Assembly: GCA_003344405.1 (NCBI GenBank)
Contig: NOWV01000113.1
Coordinates: 1 to 64,000, forward strand
Reading direction: 5' to 3'
DNA: 64,000 nucleotides
From: Trichoplax sp. H2
Taxonomy: Eukaryota
A program made the translations under genes and the position numbers. This document shows, piece after piece, positions 15,501-27,516 of the stretch. Numbering within the stretch: position 1 is the stretch's first letter; each line of letters starts with the position of its first letter. The notes below the pieces were generated by a model. That model worked only from the letters and a program-made list of their open reading frames with translations. It was not told where the DNA came from and did no database searches.

Positions 15501-15850
15501 AAATTATCTGTTCATGCAGCCTGTCCGGTGTTAATCGGATCTAAATGGGGTTAGTTAAAATAATAATCTTTATTTAAAAATTCGGATGTTATTTTTATTG
15601 CTTATGACTTATATCAGTAGCATGTTATTTTAGCTTCTATGCTTTTACCAATTTGACAATTCTGTATATATGTAGAATCGATAGAGGTATAGAAGGATGA
15701 CAGATGATTGTTGATGTGACATTTACTTTAATATCACGGAAAATAATTGATATCATTATTTTAATACATGAATTCATAGCTGCTAATTTGTGGTTTCGTG
15801 AAGTTGGACAAGAACTAAGACATACGTGTACGTTAAATCCGGACGAATAA
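9588..15850 (+). CDS. P4HA: Prolyl 4-hydroxylase alpha subunit, array copy 1 (about 537 aa, 12 coding exons)
   Basis: Exons 9588-9930, 10676-11004, 11551-11602, 11739-11911, 12366-12545, 12841-12914, 13056-13155, 13275-13334, 15073-15138, 15240-15308, 15453-15549, 15780-15850. Motifs: signal peptide then EIFTA, GSANGLSRLQEVY, YKELCRG, IANYGIGGHYEPHLD, GNRIATVLIYLSNVEAGGATVFP, HAACPVLIGSKW. Confidence 0.95.
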
Positions 15851-17550
15851 CGAAAGACCAAAAAATTGATGAAATTAATCGCGGTTACTTAGTAGCCTAA
15901 GATCATATGTTGTAATATCTTTTCTATATATTTTGATTATGTGTTTGCTACAATAATTGTAATACAGCATGTAATATAGTATGTACTGTACTATTATCAC
16001 AAACCTGTATTGCTTAGATAATATAGCTTGGTTAATTTCAGTACTGCGTATCCACTAGCGTTCGATGTTATGTATACGAATATTGGTAGTAGTCAACTAT
16101 AACCTTAACATGGCTTAACGCATAGGTTACAGCCATTTCTAACGCAAGCAGAATTATTTCTATTTTCTACCTACAAACAATACAATATATGAGCTGATCT
16201 GTAATCCGAATGATAAAATATTTATATCAATACAATAAATTTATACTTCATGGCGACGTTTAATTAAACACTACGTCACTCTGTTAGTTATATATAGGTA
16301 ATGGCCGGATTACGGGCTTTGGCCGTAACATGTATAAGCACATAGATATACTTTGCAGATTTTACAATGACCAAAATTTCAAAATCAAATTAGTATGTGA
16401 TTAGAGCAAAAAAAAACTAGTTTTAAAGAATACAACTGCTTGCACTTTCGTCATTAGCTAAATTTATACAAATATTAGTAATATTGCGGCCAAAGTTATC
16501 AAAAAAATTGAGCATTTTGTTAAAGTGTAATCGAAATTTCTATATAAAGTAACAGAAATTAATATTGCTAGTGCTATATTGGATTTATTTAATGCCGAGA
16601 CACATGCCACGTGTATTAATAATAATCTAGCTAAAGTTTTCGAAGAGATGTAAAAGTTTTTCTACTGTTATATAATGAAACTTGAGTGTTGAATAAACAA
16701 GTTATCCTTTAATCAATAGCTTGTTTAGGGAGATATGCAGAGTTAATCAAGTAATCAGGTATTATATAAAATCTTAACCAAACAACAATACATTGACGAC
16801 ATTTGGTCATTTCATTTGTTAGAGAACTCATAGAATTAAGATTACGTTGTCTCATTCATTAAAATTTAGCCTCTGCTTCGATTTTTGACCAAAACTTTGT
16901 AACTTGCACTCTATGATTGCCAGTAAGTATCATTTTTCAACAGCAAAAGTTTAGCTAAAATAATGCCCTAAAGTTGAAATGCCTGTTTAGACTTTCTAAT
17001 TAATTTTAAAATATACCTTTCGAATAAGAATATGTACATACATACTAATCTAATTTGTTTAATTATGATGCTATTTTAATAAAAGATATATAAGATGGTT
17101 TTTCGAGCTTTCAAGTATGTAAATCGGTTCCTGAAAAGCTGTTGAAAGTGGGAGGCTGTCAGCCATCTGCTGCCATGCATAAATTATAATAGATATTATA
17201 ATATTAATTATTACAAATTTGCATCGTGGAAATTCTTCTATTATTGTTAACAATGGCGTAAATAAACATTTTATGATCTACGTAAGATGTACTAGCTCGA
17301 GTATTGAATACTTAACTATAAATTAGCTACGGCGATTTACTAAGAAATCGTCGAATTTAGCCATTATGATGGAACATTAGTTTTGACGGTTATTCTTTAA
17401 TTTATTTTGTTACCATCAATCTCAAAGATTTAAAAGTGAATAGTTATAATCCTTCAAAGAGGACTTCGTCTACTGCTTAAGCTATTTTTTATATTGAACA
17501 CCGTGGAAAGTGATTTATATCAGTTTTATTTCTGCTATAGAAGAAAAAAA

Positions 17551-20500
17551 ATGCCTAGATTGACATCAAATTCGACCTTGATACTTTTTATTGTAACTTT
17601 TCTGTTTTCTCCTTTTATTCAAAGTGAAGTCTTTACGGCAACCGATGACATTGAAAAATTAATCTATTCAGAATATAAACTATATCATGAATTAGATAAT
17701 TATATTAAGTTACAGCAAAATCGATTAGTCACATTGAGGAAACTGTTAGATGAAATTAAGTCTCAAATGCATGGAGTTCATTTAAAAGGTTATGAACAGG
17801 GTAAGCATCCACTGGCCGTTTTTTTATTGGTAAGACGATTTCTACGGAATTGGAAAGAATTAGAAGCAACCGCAGAAGAAGAACAGATTTTCAACGGTCA
17901 GTAAATTTATCTAGTTTAAGTCTATCAATATAATATTAAATCAGGCTTAGACTACCCTAATCTAAAGATCGAGTCTTTCGCAAAAACTAAAATATTATAG
18001 TAAAAAGCTTAGATTTTAGATCCTTTCTTGTAAGTTTATACTATACTGTTTGTTTGACGTCTGATTGTGATAGCTTCGAAGTTCTTTCTGCACGAGTTTT
18101 AAAAATTTTACTATCCTTAAATGCGGAATTAGCTATGAAAAGAATTGATCTATGTATGGAACCGTCTTTTATAATTCTTATTTAACAATCAAAATTATTT
18201 CATACTATTTAAATTATTTTACTAAATTTTAAAAGTGAATTAAATGTTTATCTTTCCTTATTTTAATATAGATAAACTGCTAGATACGTTTGCTTATTAT
18301 AAACGGACATTTCCTAATCTTCAAGATCTGGAAGGATCTGCGGAAGCCATCTTGCGATTACAGGATGTGTACAATTTAAAGGAAATTGATTTAGCTAGTG
18401 GCATCATTGATGGAGGCCCCCGTCTTGGAGTTCAGCTAAGTTGGTTGGACTGCTTTACTATTGGTAAAAAAGCTTATGAGAATGAAGATTTCGAGCGAAG
18501 TTATAAATGGATGAAAATTGTTCAGCGTAGTCAAAATCCTTCGATATCGTCTGATCAGTGGGTAAAGATTCTTGACTACCTAGCTTTCTCAGCTTACAAG
18601 GTATGGACAATATAGTAGTTATTTCACTATTACTTTTATTATGTATTATTGAAATGATAATTTATGAGAATAGAGCTCATAAAGGCAGGAATAATACGCA
18701 AAATGAAGTTAGTGCAGTTCATTTCATTTTCAATGTGATACTTTACGATATTAGCATTAACCAAAAATTAAAAAAGATGGTAAAGCTAGTTGTGAGATTG
18801 AAAGGTATTGCTTGATGTAGAGACTGATCATTCAGACTAAGCTAAGCCTTGCATGCGAAATACTGTACTTATGTTATTATAACATGACAGTGACTTTTTA
18901 TCGATGCTGCTGAAATGATGCACCGGATTTTTAAAGTATTCTAGTAGTTGATGTCACTGTTAGCTTTTCAAGCAAAAATAATTTTATAATCAGTAGTTTA
19001 CCGTTTAGTAAAGAAGTCTGATGTCTTATTAATATAGAAAACTGTGATTAGAATACGAGTATTTTCTGTTTAAAACAGTTATTTATATGCTCTTATCGTC
19101 TCTTAACGTAGATTTTGTAGCTTTCATCAATCATAAAGCAAGAATAGGCTATAGGAGAATTATTAGTGATACTAGGTTTATAAAAATTTTATAATTTCTC
19201 TCCTAGTTAGGAAATGTTAAAGAAGCCATGAATTTAACTCAGGCGCTATTAAAACTAGGTATTATAGACTAAGAAAATGTTTTTGTTTCTGCTCTTGATT
19301 AAAGGGAATAATCTACATTATCAGCTATAGGAAGAAATCCTCAGTAATTATGATAGAAGAATGGATTCAATTTTTAATTATTAAATTAAGAATTGTAACC
19401 ATACTCTAGCTTTCTGTCTCTGAAAAGTTTTTAATTATATAAATTTCTCTTTCTTGACAGTATTTAGTTTATACCTATTTGCACGGTACATGTAAATATA
19501 AGTTCAGTAAGATGACAAACGCAACATATCATTTACTTATAGTTTAATAAATGCTACTAGTAGAAGATATATACTCACGATAAATGGCACACACTTCTCC
19601 ATTGAGACATGGTACTGTGCATCGTTTTGTTAACTTTGCAAAGTCATAACTCTTAAATAATTAAAATCTTTAATATCTTTAAATTAAATTAACTGAAGAA
19701 ATTTGTTTGCAAATCCTACTAGATCCGAAGCATGAAAGAGCAAAGCAAAATATTTATTACTACGAAAAAGTTTTGACTAAAAATAGCGATGGTAAGGAAG
19801 GCGAAGACTCGCTCTCTCAAGATGAAAATGACTGGTCTCATGAATTTGATTTTTACAAGAAGCTATGTCGAGGTGGCCCAAAAGCAAAGGTACAGAATCT
19901 ATCCATTTATAGAATTTGGGTAGATATCTTCATGTCTGTAGTTATCTCTTTTAATATAAGAAGTGGGTCAGCATGACGACCTAGGAGCTAGTGGAGCTAT
20001 GAAAATCTTTATTGTTATTGATGTAAATAAGTTTAAATTTGAAATTTAACAAGAAGGTTGGACTTCAATCTTTCATACCTCAATGAAGCTCCAATATCCA
20101 ATCAAAATAAAGTCATGATTGATAGTCCACCGTATTAATAGTGGATAGTCATAGGGCTTGGCTTGTTCGTCGATATGACGTATACGAGTAGAATACGCAT
20201 AATAATTGAAGCTTTCTAATAAGTAAATTAAAACTAAGCTATCTATAATTAGAGCTATAATATTATGTATTGAAAGTGAATATCAAAGACGTAAGAATTT
20301 TGTTTATCGAGCTAATCAACGCAATTTTATCGATTAAGGCTGGTGATAATAAAATGGTTAGCAATCATCTCACCTGTTACCAGCTTCGTCAACATGCCCG
20401 ATTGCTCTTTTCTCCAATTAATGTTGAAGTTATCAGTTTACAACCGTATATCTTAATCTATCATAATTTATTGAATGATCTAGAAGTTGAAGCATTAAAA

Positions 20501-22591
20501 ACCTTAGCTGCTCCTATGGTAGGTTATACTATTAGTATCGTAACCAATTATAATTGTAATTGATTTTGTTTGGGGTATGAATATCTTATATTAAATCTTG
20601 ATTTGGACCCGCTTACAAAATGAATTGATTGTTTACTTACTAACCATCTTGATATTTGTGGCATATCAGCATTAGATATTTGCTTTGAAAAAAAGTGACT
20701 ACTGTTAATCTGTTCTATAGTTACAACGAGCTACTGTACATAACAAGGATACCGGTAAATTGGAGTATGCAACTTATCGAATAAGTAAAAGGTAAAATAT
20801 TATCCAGGCTATATACTCAATGTATTATAATCTCGTATAATTTTAAGGTAATGTTAACGCCTTGGAAGTAAGATAATTTGCTAATGGATTTCGCTTGGCT
20901 TTTGACGTATTTGTCGCTAGTGCTTGGTTAAATGATGACGATCATCCTTTGGTTCGGAGAATATCTACATTAATAGAAGATGTCACCGGACTCACCATGG
21001 AATCGGCAGAAGCATTACAGGTTTTGATTAGCGATCTTTTGATGTGGAAAAGTGTAGTTAGTGATATGTCATTGATTAACTACTAACCTTACCAGCACTA
21101 AAAATCATTTTTTGCCAATATTGCTACAGATTGCAAATTACGGAATTGGTGGTCATTATGAGCCGCATTTTGATCATGCTGACGTAAGAGTTTAAAAACT
21201 TCTGAACACAGTTCAAATTAATTCCTAATGCTTTAGATACATAAAGATATTATCTATAATTAATTCAAAGCCAAAGGCAGAATCTTATGAATTTTGACTT
21301 TTAAATCATTCTGATCTTTTGTAGTCTATAAATACAACACCCGGTATTTGAAGCATGTCATATAAATCTAATCAGTAATATAAGATATAAGTAGATCTGT
21401 AATTCTACTTCTACGATCGAATTATGCTCTAAAAGTTGATCTAACGGACTGCATATTAACCACTTGATAATATTGAAATCTTGATCAAATTGGTAGTAGA
21501 TTTAGAAATAAAATAATTGTATGAGTAACTACAATAATAATTATAATTGGATTATCGAATTTCTTATAACTGTTTTTGCTTCGCTATTTTTGTATAAAAG
21601 CCACCGGCTTTTGCTTTGTAAGCACGAAAGTGATAATGAAATACACAATGATTTATTATTACCACCCTTTCCACCTCTATACTGCCATCAGGGATATTAT
21701 TATATTACATTTGATAAGTTCATCCCAATTAAGATCCTTATTGATAATGTTTTAATTGAAGATATATCAATAATTCATTAGATATTAACGTTAGCATTGT
21801 ATTCTGACTATGATTTTTAATTAATGTCATTACATAAAATGGATTCAACTACAGAGCGGCACAGATGTATTTAAAACATGGAAAGGTGGCAATCGAATAG
21901 CTACTATGCTGATTTATGTAAGCTATTTGTATACCAATAATACATCATAATAGACAAACAATTACTCTTGTAATATTATTTTTAATCGGTTTATATAATT
22001 TGTATTATTGTAAGTACCTATACAGGTGCGTGGTTTTGCAGATATCGAGTTTAGATTTTGAAGAGGCGATTTATCAATAATTTTAAATATTTCATACATA
22101 TTTAGTTGAGCAGTGTTGAATTAGGTGGAGCTACCGTCTTTTCATCAGCTGGCGTAAGAATAGAACCTCGTCAAGTAATAATATTATAATAATAATAAAT
22201 AATCATTGCTAGTATCTATTTATATTTGTTGAAGTTAGTTAGTTTTTAACAATTACTCACAATCATCGCTCAATAGTCTCTAAATTGCTAAAGCCTAACC
22301 AATCAAGCATTGGTATAATAATTATAGGGTAGCGCCGCTTTCTGGTATAATTTGCATCGTAATGGCAATGGCAATAACTTAACCCGACATGCAGCATGCC
22401 CAGTACTTATTGGATCTAAATGGAGTTAGTTGACAATAATCATGTATAGCTGGCCTAGATTTAGAGTAATATCTAATTAAAATGAAAAGATTTTCATTAA
22501 TTCTGCTGCTTTATCTGTAGTTGCTAATAAATGGATACATCAAGTTGGACAAGAGTTACGACATCAGTGCACATTAAATTCGAATGACTAA
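17551..22591 (+). CDS. P4HA: Prolyl 4-hydroxylase alpha subunit, array copy 2 (about 532 aa, 12 coding exons; most canonical copy)
   Basis: Exons 17551-17896, 18272-18600, 19207-19258, 19723-19889, 20339-20518, 20721-20791, 20921-21020, 21130-21183, 21855-21917, 22106-22174, 22328-22424, 22521-22591. Motifs: ILDYLAFSAYK, DPKHERAKQNIYYYE, LQRATVHNKDTGKLEYATYRISKSAWL, GGHYEPHFD, GGNRIATMLIY, TRHAACPVLIGSKWIANKWIH. Confidence 0.96.
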
Positions 22592-24160
22592 TGATGGATA
22601 ATAGCTGATTTAGTACAGTAACATACGATGGATGGATTTCCGCCAACACAATTGCTTTTGTCTGTAGAAACTAGCAAATGGAAATGTCACATCGAACGAG
22701 AATTATGCAACAAGCCCATATTAAATCTTTAACAATGATGAATTATGATGAGTAATGGCTAATTTAATTTATATAAGAATGATTTTTAAAAAAAATTTAT
22801 AATCATTGCATTAGATAGTAGGAAAGACAATGTAATATTAAATTAATTATTATTTTCAATATGGTATGTCCTGATTTTTAAGACCAGAGTAGACGAAAAA
22901 TATGTGAATGGATTTATTGAATTAGTACAACTGATGATAGTAAACTAAAAATCAGTACTGGACTATATGGTGTTAGAATACTAAATTCTATTTATCAATA
23001 GTCAAGAAAATGGTGCAACATGTGATGATACCACTTATTTATAGAAACAACCGATGAAATCCGGTTTAAGAATTAGACAAATAAATGCATTGTATAATTT
23101 TATGCTGTTTCACACCTGTAAATTACGACGAGATAATGTATTATTTACAGATGATCTTATGCAATTTTTGTAATGGAGGGTAACTTGATAATAATTGATA
23201 ATTTCAAATCCTTTAGAAAAATGATACTATTGCTTCTGTAATAACACTGCTAAGGTCTTCAATTTTCGATAGGAGACCTATTTTTACCAAATCGATATAC
23301 GTAAACGTATTAACTTGAATTGAATAAGATATACAATTGTTGATAGTATTTTACACTACTCCTGGTAGAGGATTTTGAAAGTTACCCTTAGAAGAAAGAT
23401 TTATTGATTATTACGGATTTGATGAAAGGGACTTTAAATAGTTAAACGAAAATTTGATATTGTTGATAGTCTTAGACATAAATAATTTTTAACTTTCGCA
23501 AAGTTTAGGATTCAAGCTTTCTTTGAATTTTGTGCTTAAGATACTATCTCTAGGCATAATATATTAATTCTGAGTTAATAAATAACACATTAACTACATT
23601 TCTTCAATTCACTGGAGCTGCTTCTTAACACTTATCTGGTAATATTGTAGAATAAGGTTAGCTATCACTAAGATGATTCTCCATTGAATTCTTTTAACTG
23701 AATTTCTTATTTCTACTGGAGTTAATCAGTATCTAATAGATGAATTAATATTTTAAACTTATCTATTACTGAGTATAGTTTTCTAGGAAGCAGTTATTCC
23801 GGTATAAACTATATTTATAAATTTTAATCTGTTCTGATAGGACCCCTAAAGTTAGCTAACTACTTTTAAGAATTTTACTATAATGAGGGCTCTTAAGATG
23901 GCTGATGCCTCATTGATATATTGCATGGTCGGCAATGGTCTCTTTACTCAATTTAGATCATAGCCACAGTTGTTATATTCTATAATGCAGCTATTATCTT
24001 CGAATGTAGCAGACTGTTAATAAGGCTTATTGGGTTAATTGTGATCCAAAGAACGTGCAATATCGGAATGCAATGGCATGTTCTACTGCAAGTACCTATA
24101 CCCTGATCGAAGAAGTATAAGAGCGAAAGTAGCCATTATTTTATGATAACAAGTTGATTT

Positions 24161-24166
24161 TTTATT
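24161..24166 (-). promoter_or_regulatory. Candidate polyadenylation signal (AATAAA) of the orphan gene
   Basis: TTTATT on the plus strand about 440 bp beyond the stop codon. Confidence 0.3.
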
Positions 24167-24607
24167 GAACTGGACTGCAAAGAAGACAAACAAAATAGAA
24201 CGCAATTGTATCGCTAATACATGATAAGAAATCTTAGCCTACGTTATTGCTTCTATTCAGTACCAGAATACAGTGATAATTGATTAAAATTTTGAAATAA
24301 AATGGCTTATTCAGGAGATTAATTTCAGCTGATAGAGCTAGCAGAGAAAGAAAACGCAAGTGCAACTACTAAAATGTAGTCTAGCGAGACGATGTTGGAT
24401 ATGTAGGTACTCAATAATTAGCACAACCAGATTTGGTAATCATTAAAGTTGTGAGTGAAAGGACAGCGAGACAAAACTTTGACATACGCGTAAGCATGAA
24501 ATAAGCAACAGTTATTAAATAGTATCCATTTCAGTTAGTGTGTGCAAAGGATTTTAAAATTACGATAGTTTATAGGTGCAAAATAATTTGGCCAGCTGCG
24601 TCAGCAA

Positions 24608-25972
24608 TTAAACAGTTATTCCTGGAACTACATATCGCACCACTAAATAGTCCCAGCCAAATATAACAATTTCGGCCAGTGCAACTTCTTCAGCCAATAC
24701 CTTGAGACTATAGGACTTTTTAGCTGCTACTGCGTTATTGATTGCAAGCAAGTACAAGTAATGGCGTAGTTTGCGCCTAAAGACGTACAGTTGAGATTCA
24801 AGTTTTCTAATTTCTGCTAGTCGGCGTGGATAGCCCCTTATTCTCTGTATTCTGTACCGTTCATCGTAAACTAAAGCAAAATTAATTCTTCGGAGAATAT
24901 CAATCATAACGCCAGCCTCAACTTCTTTTTGATGGAGTCTTGCCATTTTACCTAAGATGAGGGCCTGTTCAATACCATTGAACAGCTCGGTAGCTTCTAA
25001 ATTTCGTTCTTCGTAGAATGCTTTCGCTCTTTCGTAAGCATTCTCATCTTCCAAACCTTCACGAGTCAGAAAATTGATTAAAGACAATTCAATTAATCTT
25101 TGTACTGCTAAACGACTCCTAAATTGTGCTACTGCTTCCTGATGCACAATTCTAGCATCAACAGCTTGATTTCTACGCATGATGAAATGTAGTCGTCGAA
25201 GCAAAAATTGTAGTCTGCGTTGATGGGCCAATTTTATCCCTATAAAGCGACGTAGCATAAATATAAGTCGCCTAATCCTTGGAACTAGCTGTGCGTCAAG
25301 TCTATACAAGCGGAGTTGATAGGCTCGATCAGCGGCTGCTGCCATTTTTGCCAATTGCGTTCTAAAGTATAAATGAGCAAATGTTGCTTCTTCTGCGAAT
25401 GTGGTGAGTACATTCGAAAAGAGTTTAACTTCCTCTATAATTTCATTTATAATGGCAACGACGTAGATTAAGCCAGCTTCTTCCATACGATCTTTGAACT
25501 GGATTAAGGCAGAATTAAATAAGGTTTCAATGGCCAATTTTTCTTGAAAACTTTCGGAAACGTCTTGTAGCATTGTGAGAAAGAGTCCCACTAGAAAACC
25601 CTTGGGAAAGTAAAACTTAACCATGACTCCATCTACACCTCTTGCCGATACCGTGACCAAATCGGCAGTTACTCCATCAACCTCTGCACTCACTTCATCA
25701 ATTTGGCTAGGTTTTGCAGCGCCATTGATTCCATTCAGTGTCGCACAAATGGTAAGGATTGCTAACAATATATGCACTTGATTCTAAAAGAAATAATTGA
25801 ACAAGATGGATTATCAAGCGCATTTAAGACTTCTCGGGATAATTTTAATAGATATTTTTTATTCATTCTATTCTAAAAATGAATTAGTTAGCTACGATCT
25901 AGTAGAAGTATGCTACTCTACTATGATTGAGTTCTTTAAAGTATGTTAAAATTTTTGATTCCTTACCGCCAT
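24608..25972 (-). CDS. Uncharacterised secreted alpha-helical protein (about 393 aa) with alternating acidic and Arg-rich blocks
   Basis: Micro-exon ATG GCG at 25972-25967 is followed by a GTAAGG donor. The acceptor CTTTTAG precedes a single open exon 25783-24608. The N-terminus MANQVHILLAILTICATLNGING is signal-peptide-like. This is by far the longest ORF in the window. No family recognised. Confidence 0.85.
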
Positions 25973-26062
25973 CGCTTAGTAATTTGGAATCATTAAAAAA
26001 AAGAAGCAGTCGGGAAGGACCCCCAAATCGCGATATGATCCAATATTAACGTTTTTTCATTC

Positions 26063-26069
26063 ATATATA
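26063..26069 (-). promoter_or_regulatory. Candidate TATA box of the orphan secreted-protein gene
   Basis: Minus strand reads GGCC-TATATAT-GAATG about 90 bp upstream of the ATG at 25972, a spacing compatible with a short 5' UTR. The AT-rich background limits significance. Confidence 0.4.
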
Positions 26070-27108
26070 GGCCACTTGCGAATTATTCCGTACAAATGAA
26101 TTATAGCCCAACCACGATTAAGAAATGATTGGATGTTTCTGATGACTGCATTTTAGGGTAATGCAATTTATCAGAATTTTAATCGTTGATTGGTTCAATA
26201 TAAATTAATTTCAATCGCTATTGTCGGGCTCCTAAATTGGCTGTAGTCATCCATCAAGGTTAGCATAAGGAATCTGATAATGAAATAATAAATATAACAT
26301 AATACTTTTGTATGTTCAGTTTTGTAGCCGGTATGAGATTTAGCTGCAATTTTACTTTACCCTATAAAATTCAAGGAATTTACCTCATTTATTGCAACAT
26401 AATGGAAGTGGGAGAAACATCTGGAATTTCATAGAGTTGACAGTTTTCAATATTGATGAAAGTGGATACCTAATATGATGATGTAAAGAATACAACTACA
26501 GACTAGATTATTTAAAATCACAGGAGATCGTAATATATAACATTGATGATAGAATTTATTTGTTAGTATTTAAGGTTATTGTGGTCTAATACAAATTTCA
26601 TTTGCAATCTTCAAATTTTTTAATATGATCCTTTTCTTTATCAGGCCATCGATCATGTAAATTTTATTTCATCCATGTGGGATCCCTATCTCTTTACACA
26701 GTATGTAAAGCCTTTTACGGCTATCAATCAATTGATAATTGCGCTAATTAATCACATTACAGCCGCCTTTGGATATGATGCAAGCATTCTATTACGCAAC
26801 TATAGTTGGCGTCGTTAACAGTAAGAAACGTGCAAACATCTGTTAACTAGATATATGTCGAAAATAGATTACTTACAAGACATAGCTAGGTATGCGAGAT
26901 TGATTAATATGTGCAAATTGTTTATGGAAGCAGGATCGGTCATCGCGACAATGTGTTATCTTAGACGCTATCATTGTGTTGGTAAATGTCATTTTTGACC
27001 TTACCAATTTTCAACCGGTGATCAAGTTCTAAATAATTTCCTATCTTCAGCATAGGATTTAATGCAGAATTGCTTCAATCAATTTTAAAACCGTTCTATG
27101 GCAAGCAT

Positions 27109-27516
27109 GCTGTTCTACTGTAAATATACAACAGAGGATTGTACTATAGTCGCTTCCTATTTTCGTACTTTTTTAATTATATGACTTTACGTGCTATTTT
27201 TAGAGTCCTATTTGCCTTCCTGCAGAGTTGAAACCTGGAAAGATTTAGATCTCGGCTGCGCACAAATGCCTGTTGTAGATCTACTTAAAAGGACCGTGTA
27301 ACTTGATATAGAGTAAAAGTCAGTAAAAACAGACATTAACATACTATTCTTCTGTAAATATATAGTAGAGGATTGTACCACAATCGCTTCCATTTTAAAG
27401 TTCTATCTTCCTTCGCGCAGTATTGAAACTTGAAAAGGTCAGATCTCGGCTGCTCACAATAGACTGTGTAACTTGATACAGAATAATTGTCAGCAAAGTC
27501 AGACATTTTAATATGC
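27109..27516. repeat. Diverged tandem duplication (two units of about 170-235 bp)
   Basis: Shared blocks CTGTAAATATA..AGAGGATTGTAC..TCGCTTCC, TTGAAAC.TG.AAAG, AGATCTCGGCTGC.CACAA, GTGTAACTTGATA.AGA and AGACATT occur in the same order at about 27109-27342 and 27343-27516. Confidence 0.8.

Noticed and set aside
21521-21781. 86-aa ORF in a P4HA copy 2 intron
   Set aside because: No motif or paralogous exon; the flanking exons join in frame without it.
24608-25783. Orphan protein as the collagen-like substrate of the neighbouring P4H enzymes
   Set aside because: It has only five prolines and no Gly-X-Y repeats; adjacency alone gives no functional link.
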